Source of the DNA: Octopus sinensis | Lineage: Eukaryota | Direction: 5' to 3' | Assembly (NCBI RefSeq): GCF_006345805.1 | Contig: NC_042997.1 | Coordinates: 47,430,001-47,494,000, forward strand | Length of the DNA: 64,000 nt | Part shown: positions 27,610 through 41,803 of the stretch, piece by piece | Layout: every line of letters starts with the position of its first letter | Position numbering within the stretch: the first letter of the stretch is position 1 | Notes under the pieces: model-generated | What the model saw: the letters and a program-made list of their open reading frames with translations, nothing else | Databases searched by the model: none | Told to the model about the DNA's origin: nothing | Position numbers and translations under genes: made by a program

Positions 27610-28070
27610 TGTGCACGTACGTACGTACGTACGTACGTATGTACGTATGTATGTATGTATGTATGTATGTATGTATGTATGTATGTATGTATGTATGTAT
27701 GCATGCATGCATGCATGTATGTATGTATGTATGTATGTACGTACGTACGTATGTATGTATGTAGGTATGTATGTATGCATGTATGTATGGATGGATGGAT
27801 GTATATGTATGCATGTATGTATGTATGTATATATGTATGTATGTATATGTATGTATGTATGTATGCATGTATGTATGTATGCATGTACGTATGCATGTAT
27901 GTATGTATGTATGTATGCATGTACGTATGCATGTATGTATGTATGTATGTTTGTATGTATGTATGTATGTATGTATATGTATGTATGTATGCATGCATGC
28001 ATGTATGTATGCATGTATGTACGTATGCATGCGTATATGTATGTATGTATGTATCTGTGTGTGTATGTTT
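27610..28070. repeat. (TATG)n-type microsatellite, about 450 bp
   Basis: Seen directly; it is the source of several spurious ORFs. Confidence 0.95.
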
Positions 28071-28071
28071 G

Positions 28072-28220
28072 TGTGAAAGCGCGTGGCCGAGTCATTGCTG
28101 TGTTGCACTCCCGACCCTGAGATGACAGTTTCAACTCCCAGACCAACAATACCTTGTGTCCTTGAGTCAAACATTTTATTTCACGCTGCTCCTTTCCATT
28201 CAGCTGAGAATAGGTAATTC
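28072..28220 (+). mobile_element. Old SINE family C head fragment
   Basis: gtgaaagcgcgtggccgagt...gtgtccttgagtcaaacattttatttcacgctgctcc...cagctg resembles 55000-55140. Confidence 0.65.
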
Positions 28221-30057
28221 TGCATTAGACATGTGTGCCAAATCCGGGAATTTTTGTCCTGCACGTCTATTCTGCAGGGTGACAGCATTCAAAATGTTAA
28301 AGAATGTGAAGCATATTGCAACCAGCAACATATAATACATTCAGTGGTCTGGTCGATACTGTGATGTATGATTATATTTACATGTGCCTTTATGACCAGT
28401 GGAAATCGTTCCAAGTGTGGATAATTTAAAATATGATATCTTGGAACATATTCAGAATATTGTTATTGCCAAAAATAGTTATAATCTATTAACTAGGAAT
28501 CTTTAATAAGATTTTGATTTGAAAGTATTTACTACAAAATTTATGCAAAATATTATCGTTTGTAGGACGGCTTCAAGAGAATAACGTCAAAATGTGCTTA
28601 ATACATTTTGCTACAAAGAGCGAAATGATGCATGAGGGAAGTAAGGAATTATTTAATCAAATATAACATACAGAAGTTCTCATAGAAAATAATAAGAAAA
28701 TGTGTGAAAATGAATGCATCGGAAAATATGCTGAATGTAAATAATTAAGTAATATTAATGTAGATTAAAGTAACACATAGAAATGATATAAAAACAGTGC
28801 AATTTTGAATTAGATATGAAAATACTATTTCTTTGTTATTGTTTCCAATCGTTAATATTTATTCGTGCAAACTTCATCATGTTATCTATTGTACTTTGAT
28901 ATCTGTTGAAACAGTGACATGATATTAAAAAAATATAGACTTTCATAACTTAAACTCTTTCGTGTCATATCAATCAATAAAACATATTTTCGTAAACTGT
29001 GTTACTACTTCGGTTAATTTGGTCAAAATAGTACAAAGAAACATATGGTGTCAAATTAGAAGAATGTGTGTAAAAGACAATGTATTGTAATATAAAGTAC
29101 AATATAAATGATTATAAGATAACGCTAAAATTGGCAAAAATATAGCTGATATAAATGGAGGAAATAATTTATAAAGAATTGTAAAACGTTTCAATGAATA
29201 CACGTAAAATGTGTATTGTCTAGAATTATTATTGTGCATGAGAAACATGAAATCAATTGCATTAGAAGTGGTGAAAAAAAAAACAGTTTGTAATTAAATT
29301 TACTCTAGTAATCCGAATTTAATGAACTTAAATAAATTAATGCCTTAATAGAAATTTGTTGACTGTAAATTCAATATTAAAGTAAACAAATAATAAATCG
29401 GGGCAATAATTAAATTTTATCCAATCCCCTAGAAAGATAACTTCATTTTTTGAATTATCTATTTATAGTTTAACATATTTTTTAACCTGAAATTCTACAT
29501 GGGTTTATGTTTGAAAAGATCTTTATCATAATAATATTTAGTGTTATGTTAAGCACGCTCATCTTGGTAAAGATAAATATCTCGCTCGATACTCTTGTGA
29601 GATTCTGTGTTCAGTTTTCTATGTTGGGTCTAACAAAATTATCTTAAGTTCATTTGTGGTTGTGTGGAGGAAGTAGAATTATAAATAAATAGCCACAAAC
29701 GAGTTTATAAACTCTGGGGGGTAATATTCAAAAGGAATGTATTGCAAAAACATGACTTGGTGCAATTAGAGTGAAAAGTGCTAGCCAAAGACTTTTAGTG
29801 AACAATTTTAGTAAAATATTTAGTGAATTGGCAGAAAATACAATGAAAATACACATCGAGTTGACTCAATGAAATAAAATGACGAAATTTGTAACGATTT
29901 TAAACCGGAATGAGAAACAACACATGATAACATTGATTGTAAGGCAACGAAGGTAAAAGCATTGAACCGCAATATTAGACATAAATACCTGTGAGTGACC
30001 AAAAAGCCTAAGTTGTGGTTTCTACATGGCTGAATCTTGAACACGTGATGAAGATAC

Positions 30058-30120
30058 CTCGCTTATGCCTGATGTATAAGAAACTGCAAATCGTCCACCT
30101 TATACCTACCACAACAACAG
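30058..30120 (-). CDS. Candidate transmembrane-coding exon of the host gene
   Basis: Acceptor ...gtaaatcag, donor GAG|gtatct, 63 bp, phase 1 to 1: (A)VVVVGIRWTICSFLYIRHKR, a hydrophobic stretch followed by basic residues. An alternative AG lies 8 nt upstream. Confidence 0.35.
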
Positions 30121-30632
30121 CTGATTTACTGGTTGATATACACGACACATAAAAACCAGTCAAAATATCACATATTAACAATAACTGTGCCATTTTATTT
30201 TTTTGAGGCGGGGGAATATTTTAACATAAGCGGAGCCAAGGTATCCGTTTCAACCTTTTACCATGATAAAAAGTAATTATATTTTTTTCCGAAAATTAAT
30301 TTTCGTAATCAGTATTTCGTGCAAACTTTGGTTATTTTTCACGGTTTAATTCAACAAGTATTGTGAGATCAATTCGAAGAAATTTCCCACGTGAAAAAGT
30401 ATTCGTTTTCCCTTGAGAGTTACCATTAATTCAATGCGACTCTTGTGTTTTGTTTTGCCTTTGTGAATGAAATACTGAAGGGATTAGAACACTTTCGATA
30501 ATAGATTATTTCATTATATTTCTTACTTGATTGAACGAATAAATGTATAAATTATGTAACGAGATATCACGTCTACCAAATTTTTATTTGTCTGTCACTC
30601 TACCTACCTACCTACCTACCTACCTACCTATG

Positions 30633-30747
<115 letters not shown>

Positions 30748-30848
30748 TTGTCTGTCTGTCTCTATTTTACTCTTTCTCTTCTTGTCGCGTTCTGTGGGCG
30801 CATATATATATATATATGTGTGCGTGCGTGTGTGTGTGTGTTTATATG

Positions 30849-30884
<36 letters not shown>

Positions 30885-30936
30885 CTTATGTGTTTCTTAG
30901 TGAGTGTGTTAGTGTGTATTTGTGTATATGTGGGTA

Positions 30937-31002
<66 letters not shown>

Positions 31003-32988
31003 CACACGCGTGCACATATATATATATACATACATATGTGTGTGTGTGTATGTATGTATGTATTGTATGTATATACATATATGCTCACACATACACATAT
31101 ACATATATGCGTTCGAAAAAATGTAATGAAACATATCTCAGCCGTTTAAAAAGAACACATTCATACATACATACATAAAGACAGGCGCTTAGACGTATAT
31201 GTATGCGCGTGTGCTTGTGTGTGAGTGTAATACATCTCTATAGTAGATCATGTGTGGCTGTGCCTCTCTCTCTCATCCTGTATGTGTGATTGTGTGGATG
31301 GTGGTGGCCATAAGTAATATAACCTCTTTTACTGGCTCACCTTATTAGAGACTAATCGTTATGGTTATCCATCTCATACTTACATCTTCTTCCTCACCAA
31401 TTCATCATGCCTTGGAACTATTGACCTAATTTATCATTCTCCATAAAATCCATCAAGAATTAAAGAATCTTTCAGACGTAGATGAAAATTACAGAATTTA
31501 GGTTTTGTGTGTTGCCGTTGTTAACACTTTTAGTTTTCCTCTTTCCTCCATTTCTATTCACTGTCTTAACGTCCAATTCGTGAACGAATTCTGAAAGATT
31601 TTATATACCAGTATTCTGTGCACACACGCACATATGTGTGTGTATGTGTGCGTGTGTGTGTGTGAGTGTGCGTGTGTGTATGTGAGTCTGTGTATAAATG
31701 TGTGTGTGTGTGCGAGCGGGTGTGTCTGTGTATAAATATATATATATACATACATATATATATATATATATATAATATATATATATATATATTATATATA
31801 TATATGCGTGTGTGTGTATGTGTTTGTTTGTTTGCTTGTGTGTGTATGTGTATTTAATCGTGAGTATGTAGGTATACTTTAAAAAAACAAACATGCTATA
31901 TATGCACACACACACACACATACTCATATGCACACATATAAAGCGTTCATGAGTGCTGAAGTGAACATACAGACTATTTCAATGCAGGCAGCATTGTTAT
32001 ACATTAAGCACCATACGGCTATGTGTGTGTTTATGTGAATCTTTAGAGAATACACGCATGCGCCTTTATGTCTACAGTTTTTACTACAAAACCATTAAAT
32101 GTGACATTACTAAAACGCTTTGATACACTCTGTAAAAGCTAAATTAGATCGGGATAGAAGGAAAGCTACATTAAATGTTACCCTTGCATTACGGTTTAAG
32201 TGAGTATGCTCACACACATACTCACACATTCACTCACATATATTTTTTCGTTCGTTTGTTTGTTTGTGTGTTTGTATGTGTGCCTGTGTGTGTGTACGTA
32301 TGTTTGTGGAGGCATATACATATATTTTTTGTATGCGTGCGTAGATAACACACGCGCACAAAAATCTCGAACAGTCAGATTATCTTTCACATATACATTC
32401 GCTATGACGCAGGCATTGTTTTTTTTTCGATACAAGCATCATAATGATAACGAGGAAAAGCAGGGGATGAGGAGAAGGTAGAGCAGGAGGTGGATGAGGA
32501 GAGGAACATGAGTAGGAGGAAAAAGATGAGCAGGAGGGGTACGAATGAGAGGAAGAAGAGGATCAGGAGGAGTTGGATCAGCAGGAGGACGAAGTCGATG
32601 AAGCTATTACAGATGACTTCACTGACGGTAGCGATGGTGGCAATATTGGTTTTGTACTGTTTCTGGTGCTATAATAATTTTTATGTTCTCTCTGCTTACC
32701 ACTAGCAATTGAATATGTTCTATTAATATTCCCTTGCAAAATATTCTCGCCACCTGAAGGCAAAATCGGGATACGGGGCATATAAAATACGAACGATAAA
32801 TCAGTAAAGTGCGAATTCTGTGAAGACAAGTTGAAAACAAAACGGCTTCAATAAAGATTATTTGACTAAAAAAGGATAATTTATAGAGAAAATTAAATCA
32901 ATTAGTTCTAATTTCCTTCTCAATTGTTTTTAGTACATATTTACATATATACACACACACATATATATGTATATATATATATATATAT

Positions 32989-33083
<95 letters not shown>

Positions 33084-33649
33084 GTATGTGTGTATGTGTG
33101 TGTGTATGCACATATGTATATAGGTGTGTGTGTATGTGTGCATAAACTTATATATGATCGCTACTCTGCGCGAAATAAGAAGCGTACGCCTATAAAATAT
33201 CACACAAATGTAACTCACAAACCTAACTAAATTACACTCTCGTAATATTCTCTTCGCAACTTTTTACGATGTGATATATTTTTATTAAATCTCTGACACT
33301 TTACCATCTGCTTCTTTTTTGAATTTCTTGATAAACATGGTATTTTCTAAATATGACCTTTCTTCGTACACATCGCGCGTCGCATATATATACACACGCA
33401 TGCGTACTAGACTAAACATTCGAGACCGCATCCTAAAAAGCCACCTTACAGATTTGCGTAAATTCGTTAAGAAACCAATTTCAATTTCGAACCGATAGAT
33501 GCGCTGTTTACATCCTTTTACCCTTATCTTCTGATACATCAAGATCTTCAGCACCTCAAAGCTTAAGTTATGCCATCTAAAATCGAGCATGCAGGCGTGC
33601 ACGACTCAATACCTCGTCATCCGGTATTCCCTGTGCTAAATTTCTTTAA

Positions 33650-34035
33650 TCTCTCTCTATATAAAGCTGAAGTTGTCTGTGTATGGCAGCTTTGGTAGCA
33701 CCCAACTAACACTATCTCTTCCGACACCCTGCTGCACAAGGTGACCAAAATTGAGAGTTTGATAGAAGAAGGCTTGCTCTTCCTTCCGTAGAAGAAAAAA
33801 TCGGACCATGTTAACACCAAAAATTATTTACATCGAAATGGTACTTTTTTCTATGAAAATCCCTATTTTTTACGATCTTTTGACTGCTGTGTCACCATTT
33901 TTCGGTGTATTTCAACCAGAAAAATGTTCACTTAAAGAGAATAACAAGCTACATAATGCAAAATGTTTACTTTTAAAAAATTCCAATTCTAAAGGTGTCG
34001 AAACAAACCCGAGCAACACCAGGCGATACTGCTAG
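33650..34035 (+). mobile_element. Non-autonomous Helitron
   Basis: A|TCTCTCTCTATATAAAGCTGAAGTTGTCTG at the 5' end, subterminal hairpin cccgagcaacaccagg, and CTAG|T at the 3' end. Confidence 0.8.
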
Positions 34036-34399
34036 TTTGTGATATTTCAGTCCCAAAACGTCGGCTTTCTCGAATATCCTCACTGTAGACGATTTTTCTG
34101 AAGCCGTCATATTTATATGGGATCACCATTTATTGCGTTAATCTCTGCTTGAAAATTTGTGAACGCCAATGCTACAGTCAACAAAAACTATTTCGATTAC
34201 TTATAAGGATATCCATTTGATGACGATATCGACGACGATGCTGATAACGACGATAATGATGACGATGATATTGATTGTTGTTGTTGATGATGATGGTTGT
34301 AATCATGATCTTGATCTTGATGGTGACGGTGTAGTTCTTGGGTCTAAAGAGTATAATGACAGATAAGAAAGGCGATTTCGATTATGATGATGGTGATAT

Positions 34400-34441
<42 letters not shown>

Positions 34442-34989
34442 CGATGACGATGACGACCACGATGATGATGATGTTGACAATGCTATTTGAATTCAAACGC
34501 CTTCAATATGTAATCCCCCCCCCTTTGCCTCGCTTTGCTACGCGTTGTTGTTGTTGGCACTTTTATTTATTGACCTGCCATTACCCATGTTGTTACATCG
34601 TGACCTTTTGGTTCCTATTCGCCTAAATCAATTTATAACGACATATCGTGGAATGCTATAAGACTCTTGAAATTGTCGTTGAGACCAGCTGCGGGGACTA
34701 TTTGTTTACAGACGGAGAGATAAATAACAATTAAAGTTTACAAGAATTTGTTTGATTTCCTTCTGTCTGAGTAAGTTCAGCTTGTTTAAAAGAGATGGTT
34801 TACACTTTGTTTCCAGTTTTCTTTTAATCTTTTCATCGTTTTTTTTTTTATAGTTCCTTTAACGTTCTATTAAAAACTTCTAGTCAATGTGTAAATGTTA
34901 TAACAGCTTAAAGAAAACGTGATATGTGATAAGATTGAACAGGGTAGAGTAAAAACATACTGCTTTGCTGTCGCTGCTCAGATACTAGT

Positions 34990-35430
<441 letters not shown>

Positions 35431-37336
35431 TGAGACTGTCTGTGTATATGTATATATACGAATATATATACATATGAACTCGCACAAACGTACACACGAC
35501 CACACATGCATAAGTGGTATTTAGTATTCCTATGAATACATGTCCATAGTTAGTAAGAAGAGAAAAATATATCTATGAAACTGACTACACCAGGGAATAT
35601 ATATTAACACGCGCCAGTATGTTAGAGTGCAATGTTATAACTTCTCAGCACTCACAACTCTTTAACACTCCACAAAGGAACTTAACGTTGTAATAAATTT
35701 ACAAATACACAGACTCGCGAATTCACATGCGCATAGATACACACATGCAAACACACATATGTATTTTAAGATGTTCTTGTAATTAGAAGACCTGAGTAGC
35801 AGATCAAGTCTATTAACGTTTGTTTTTTTCCTACCGATCAGTTTTGAAGACAAAACCCAACGGGATCGATGATAGATATCTTTACTTCACGACGATACGA
35901 TGTAATAAGAGAAGGAAAGCGAATGATCATCTGCAAGAATATACCAAAACTGTCTTTACCAACTTGAAATACTCCGTGTGTTGATGGATTACAAGGTTAT
36001 TGGCTGAACTACTGAGTGATAGATTAGCACGAGTTATGTTTACTAGAAACCATACAAGGCTATCGATTCATTGTTTAAGACAAAATGTGATGCAGAAAAT
36101 AGTTTCGAAGGAATATTCTTACTTTTTATACGTATAGAAATTATTCACAGCATTCCCTTTTCAGAAAGAAACAGAGAAGCTATTGTAATGAAGAAGAGAA
36201 AATATGGCGCAGAAAATAATAGGATAATTTTGGATCAATTGGAAATAGATAAAAAAAAAAAATAAAACACAGAAGGTTTTGGGAAAGAGCATGCAGATAT
36301 TTCTTTGATGATGCTGGTCAACTATAATAATACGCAAATATAGAATATTTAAAGACAATATAATCTACAAAATAGTTGTTGTAGGAATGATTTTCAGAAG
36401 ATAGTATTATTAAAAGAAAATAAAAGTATTACAATATAGATTTTCTAAGGTGGAGATTTCGTTCAGGAGTTGTTTCCATGATTATTATTTGACTGCTGGT
36501 CAATGACATCCATGCTGCATTAATCAAACCTGCTTTTTATTCACGGATTATTTGAATGTTGAATTTTGAAGTACGAAAATAAAGAGGATATTTCAGTCGC
36601 TGTTATCTTGCGTAAGTTCCGTTCTTGTCGAGTGACTCATAACTGATGTCATTCCAGGCATGAATATGTTAGTTCGTTCTCGAGCAATGCCTGTCAAATT
36701 TACCCAGGAACGTAGGGCATGACCCGAGGAAGAATTAGAGACCATTTAGAGACAGCTACGTTTGCTCGAATGGCTCTAGTAGAAATTGTAATTGTTGTTT
36801 ATCTTTTAATTGTTACATTCATTGGACTGAGGCTATGCTTGTGTACCGCTTTGAAATATTCTTTTTTAAAAAAAGCTTGGTAGTTACGTCATCGGTCTGC
36901 TTTGCAGAACCACAAACTTACGGTGTCATGTATAAACCAAGAGCGGTTGCTAAGAGGGAGTAGGTCACACACACACACACACACACACTCACACACACAC
37001 ATATACACACACACGCACACACACACACACATGCATTGTAGTATTTCGCATAGGCCTAGTGAGATTAATGACCACGTGTAGAACTCAATATATGTGTGTT
37101 TCAGAACACAATGTTAGATGAGTGTAGAGTGATAATAAGAAAAATACATGACAGAAAAAGAGATGACATCGGGAAAAAAAAACAGAGGTTATGTAGCTAA
37201 TATAGCTAATATAGCAAAGCTTACATAGATAATGAACTTCGTTACATAACCTTTGCTTTTTCAGGAGTAATTTCTTTTTTCTTTTATATACATACATATA
37301 TACATACACACACACACACACACATTATATATATAT

Positions 37337-37376
<40 letters not shown>

Positions 37377-37405
37377 ATATTACATACATATATAATATAT
37401 ATATA

Positions 37406-37436
<31 letters not shown>

Positions 37437-37474
37437 ACATACATATATATATAATATACACATATATATATCAT

Positions 37475-37575
<101 letters not shown>

Positions 37576-37675
37576 CACCGGAGTAAACACCGAGTAAAAT
37601 GTGAAACAAGGTGGAAAAAAGAGTACTAAATACCAGTGGTAGAGTAATATGCTTTATTTAAAGCAGCAGAAAATT

Positions 37676-37731
37676 TAACAAAACCTGTTACTCTGAGTTT
37701 CGCGTTGCCGTTCATCGGACAGCTTTTGTTA
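37676..37731 (-). ncRNA. Type I minimal hammerhead ribozyme motif (family F) inside a short repeat at about 37576-37740
   Basis: Minus strand: UAACAAAAG-CUGU CCGAUGA ACG-GCAA-CGC GAA ACUC-A-GAGU A ACAG-GUUUUGUUA. Stem I is 12 bp with one G.G mismatch, stem II is closed by a GNRA loop, stem III is palindromic, and the cleavage triplet is GUA (H17 = 37689). It deviates from consensus at U4C and G10.1A. Confidence 0.7.
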
Positions 37732-37754
37732 GAATAGAATATATATATAATATA

Positions 37755-37951
37755 AGCGGGATCAGCCATCTGAATGTGGCTAGGGACAGGGCGGGGTGGT
37801 GGGGGTGTTACTGATGCATTTAGCCCCAGGCGACTATCGACGTCACCAGAAGAGCCGACACCATCACGGTGTCCTTGCTAGCCTGCAAAGGGAGATCAGC
37901 CTCACCGAAGATACGGATGCTACACACGGACCGGTTTCGAGGTATTTGCCT
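37755..37951 (-). repeat. GC-rich structured island starting with the 3' half of a hammerhead motif
   Basis: The minus strand begins AGG-CAAAUA-CCUC GAA ACCGGU C (37951-37929): stem II remnant, GAAA, palindromic stem III and GUC. The CUGANGA half is replaced by (TA)n. It also has internal hairpins gacacc/ggtgtc and agcca/tggct. Confidence 0.5.
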
Positions 37952-37972
37952 ATATATATATATATATATATA

Positions 37973-38276
37973 TAATTTTAATCCAAAAGGGAAACAAAAA
38001 AACAACAACAACAGGAACAATTACAGTATTATTATTAATAGGCGCTCAGGAGATGGAGGCAGGGAGGTATGACGTTTCGAGCGGAGCTCTTCGTCGGAAA
38101 CATAAAGAAGGAAGAGAGAGGAAAGAAAGATCCCAGAGCGGGCAACGGGGAAAGAGAAAAAAGACGACTGGTGTTTACGAGTTGCACATGGTGAAAGGCG
38201 GATGTTGACGATAACAAGAGCAAAGTGGGTTTTTAAAGGCAAAGAGTGGAGACAAGGTTGGTAACCCAACAGATGT
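37973..38276 (-). repeat. Repeat family D (PLE pseudo-LTR-like) with a minimal hammerhead motif at 38067-38104
   Basis: Minus strand ...UAUGUUU CCGACGA AGAGC-UCC-GCUC GAA ACGU C AUAC... Homologous to 17797-18005, 51727-51931 and 54649-54852. Confidence 0.8.
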
Positions 38277-38869
38277 GTGTGTATTGTGAGTGTGTGCATG
38301 TGCGTGTGTGTATGTGTGTGTGTGAGGCGAGATGAAAAAACAAAAAATATATGTGTGTGTTAGTGTGTGCGTCTGTGTGTAGGCGTGTGAGGTAGGGCGA
38401 GACTAGTGGTCAGCTAGCAGACGAGGTCAGTACTAAAAAAGAAGGAAGGAGGAAGGGAGGTCAGTAGTAAGAAAAAGAAGGAAGGAGGAAGGGAGGGAGG
38501 GAAGGGGTGGGAGCGTATGTAGCGTGCCAGCGTGTGTTGAGTAGTAGTGTGTGTGTGTGTCCAGTGTCGTGGTGGTATTATGAGTAGATTGAATGTGTGT
38601 AAGAGTGATGTATATATATAGGCAAGGTGTGTATATGTGTGCGCGGTTGTGTACGAAAAAGGGGGGGGGGGTAAAGGAAAAAGGACTCCAGCTGAGGGGA
38701 AGATGGAAGAGTGGTACCGCGGAGACAGGCGTGGGAAACCCAACGACACGCGACGGTCCCAGGAACGGGCGGGAGGTCTCGTCAGGTCCAAGGGCGAGGT
38801 GTATGCGACGCGTATGCAGCGCGAGCCGGCGTAAGTGCGTATGTGCGCGTGCCTGCGAGTATGCGCGTA

Positions 38870-40380
38870 CGTATGTATGTGTGTGGATGTGTGAGTGTGT
38901 CTGTGTGTATGTCTGGGTGGCAGTGTGCGATGAATGTATGTGAGTATGTGTGTATGTATGTGTGTGCATAGATGTATGTCCGTGTGTGTGTGTGTATGTG
39001 TGTGAGTGTGTATGTATGTACGTGTGGGTGTGGGGAAGTGTGTGTATGTGCATGTGTGTGCGCGTACATACAGGTGTGTGAGTGAGTGTGTGGTGTGTAT
39101 GTATGTGTGAGTGTGTATGTATGTGTGTGTCGGATGCATGTATGTGTATGGGTGTATGTATGCGTGTGTGTATGTATGTATGTGTACGTGCGTGTGTGTG
39201 TGTGTATGCGTGTAGGTGTGCGCGTGTGCATGCATGCATGCAAGTGCGTATGTGTGTGTGTTTGTGCATGTGTGTGGGTATATATGTATGTGCGTATATG
39301 TGTGTGTATGTGCGTACATGTGTGTGTGTGTGTATGCATGTGTGTGTATGTAGGTGTGTAGGCGTGTGTGTATAGGTGTATGTATGTAAGTATGTGTGGG
39401 TGTGTCCGTGTATGTGTGTGTATGTATGTGTGTGGTATGTAGGTGTGTGGGCGTGTGTATATGTGTGTGTATGTAGGTGTGTGGGCGTGTGTATATAGGT
39501 GTATGTGTGTATGTCTGGTGTGTCCGTGCATGTTTGTGTGTGTGTGTGTATGCATGTGTATGTGGGTGTGTGTGTACGTGTGTAATGTATGTGTGTGTGC
39601 GTGTGTATGCGTGCGTGTGTGTATGTAGGTGCGTGTGTATGTGTGTGGGAGTGTAGGTGTGTGTGTGTGTGCGTGTGAGTGTTTATTGTTGGTGTGTGCG
39701 TATGTGAGTGTGAGTGTATGGGTGTTTGTCATGCATGTGTGTGCGCGTGCAGGTGAGTGTGTGTGTAAGTATGTGTGTGTGTATGTTTGTGTGAGTGTGT
39801 AAGTGTGTATGTCTTTGTGTATGTATGTGCGTATAGGAGTATGTGGGTATGTGTGTATGTATGTATATGGGTGTATGTATGTATGTTGTGTGTGCATGTG
39901 TATAAGTATATGTGTGTGTGCGTATGTGTGTATATGTATATGTGTGTGTGTGTTGTGTTTATGTATGTGTGTATGTATGTGTGTAGGCGTGTGTGTGTAG
40001 ATGTATGTATGTATGGGTGTGTGTCCGTGTGTGTTTGTGTGTGTGTGTAGGTAGATGTGTGTGTCTGAGTGAGGTATGGCTGTGTGTAGGTGTGTGTGTA
40101 TGAATGTAAGTGTGTGTGTATACAAGTGTAATGTATGTATGTAGGTGTGTGTGTGTGTGTATGTGTACGTGTGCGTGTGTATGTGGTGTGTGTATGCGTG
40201 TGAGTGTGAGTGTATGGGTGTATGTCTGTGTGTGTGTATGTCTGAAGTAGGTATGTATGTGTATGTATGTATGTGTGTGTGTGTGCAGGTATGTGTGTGT
40301 ATGTGTGTGTGTGAGTAGGTGTGCGTGTATGTATGTGGGTAGGGATGCATGCGAGTGTGTGGGTATGTATGCATACATAC
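38870..40380. repeat. About 1.5 kb cryptic (GT/GTAT)-rich low-complexity tract
   Basis: Seen directly; it produces the 543-aa H/T/Y/I pseudo-ORF. Confidence 0.9.
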
Positions 40381-41218
40381 GTACGCGCACATCCGAAGCA
40401 AGCCCACACGCACAAAGCGCGCTCACGCACACAACGCACAAGCAGTACAACGCAAGCCCAAGGGGCCGACCAAGCCCCCAGCGCGCGCCAAGGCGCGCGA
40501 GCACTATTGGCTTTTACATAGCATCCACCAATTTCACTTACAAAGTGTCGGTCGTCTTGGAGCAATATAAGAAATTACTTGCCCAAGGTACAACGCAGTA
40601 GAATAGAAATCACGTTGGAGAAAATATACGAACGAAGTCGATGGTTAATGAATATAGCAACATGATATATAAACAAGCGCCAAGACGTTGAAGGAAATAA
40701 CTGAATAAAGAATCCCTTATGTGCAGAACAAAATGACATATAAAATTTGATGTGAGGTCTAACAAAGTATATTTTAATGAAATATCAATAATGAAATGTA
40801 AGTATAATCACAAAAAATATAATTTAAAAAAATAATAAAGTCCTCTTTCATGATAAAGTGTACATTATACTTGTAAAGTGCCAAAAGGTAATTACAAAAA
40901 AGTTTTATCTGGAAGTAAAAAAAGAAGGCAAGAATTAGTAGCAAAAATAATGAACCCAATTTGAGAAGATTAACCACCAATAGAGATATAATTGATAGTG
41001 GCAGCCAAATTCTTTCAGAAAAGTGTATACCGAATGAAAGGTTAAATTGAGGAAAAGAAAGTAATTAATATCGAATCGTTGTTAGAAGATACAAGGAAGA
41101 AAAACTAAGGCAAGGTATTCACCACGCATGATATATCATATATATATATATGAATGTTCGCGAGCTGTTCTTTAAAGAAGGAAGTATAAAAATCGACAAT
41201 TTTACTCCGAATAAACTG

Positions 41219-41278
<60 letters not shown>

Positions 41279-41539
41279 TACACACGCAACGTGCGCACAC
41301 ACTCACTCACACATATACACACATATACGCAAGCATGCACCACATCTTGGCCGGATAGTTTAAGCATCCCACAAAATATTTTTTTTGTTATTTATCCCTG
41401 TCCTTTACGTTGTAGGTTCAAATCCACCCACCGTCAAGTTTTGCATTTCATGTTTTCAGGTTCGATTGAATAAGACACAAGAGAAGAAGTTAGAATAATG
41501 TAATAGAACAAACTCTTGCCAATATTGCACTGTTTTGAG

Positions 41540-41730
41540 TGGGCGAGATGGTAGGATCGTTTGTATTTCGTTCGTCTTTATATACTGAGTTCAAAATTCG
41601 CCGAGGTTGACTTTTTATGTCATTCTTTCGGGATTGATAAAATAACTACCAGTTGAGCATTTGAGTCAATATAATCGACAAGCCCCATCCGCACAAAATT
41701 TCAGGCCTTGTGCCTATAGTAGAAAGAATA
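41540..41730 (+). mobile_element. Old SINE family B-related copy
   Basis: ctgagttcaaaattcgccgaggttgactttt...ttgataaaataactaccagttgagca...aggccttgtgcctatagtagaaaga. Confidence 0.75.
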
Positions 41731-41803
41731 TTTCATTGTACTAAAATTAAGTATTCAAAATATAAAATACCCCACTCTCAGTTCTTCAAAATTTACATCT
41801 TAC

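Noticed and set aside
27610-28070. CRISPR-like or regular spacer array
   Set aside because: It is a simple tetranucleotide microsatellite with no repeat-spacer architecture, in eukaryotic DNA.
28835-28903. Minus-strand terminal-exon candidate (YQSTIDNMMKFARININDWKQ*)
   Set aside because: The acceptor is plausible, but its phase 2 does not fit the neighbouring candidate exons and there is no other support.
32450-32630. Purine-rich R/K/E-rich ORFs
   Set aside because: It is a degenerate (GAG/AGG)n repeat region, not a supported coding exon.
38782-40413. 543-aa ORF and many other long H/T/Y/I- or V/C/M/Y-rich ORFs across the window
   Set aside because: They are translations of (CA)n, (TA)n, (TACA)n and (CTAT)n microsatellites, which lack stop codons in several frames.
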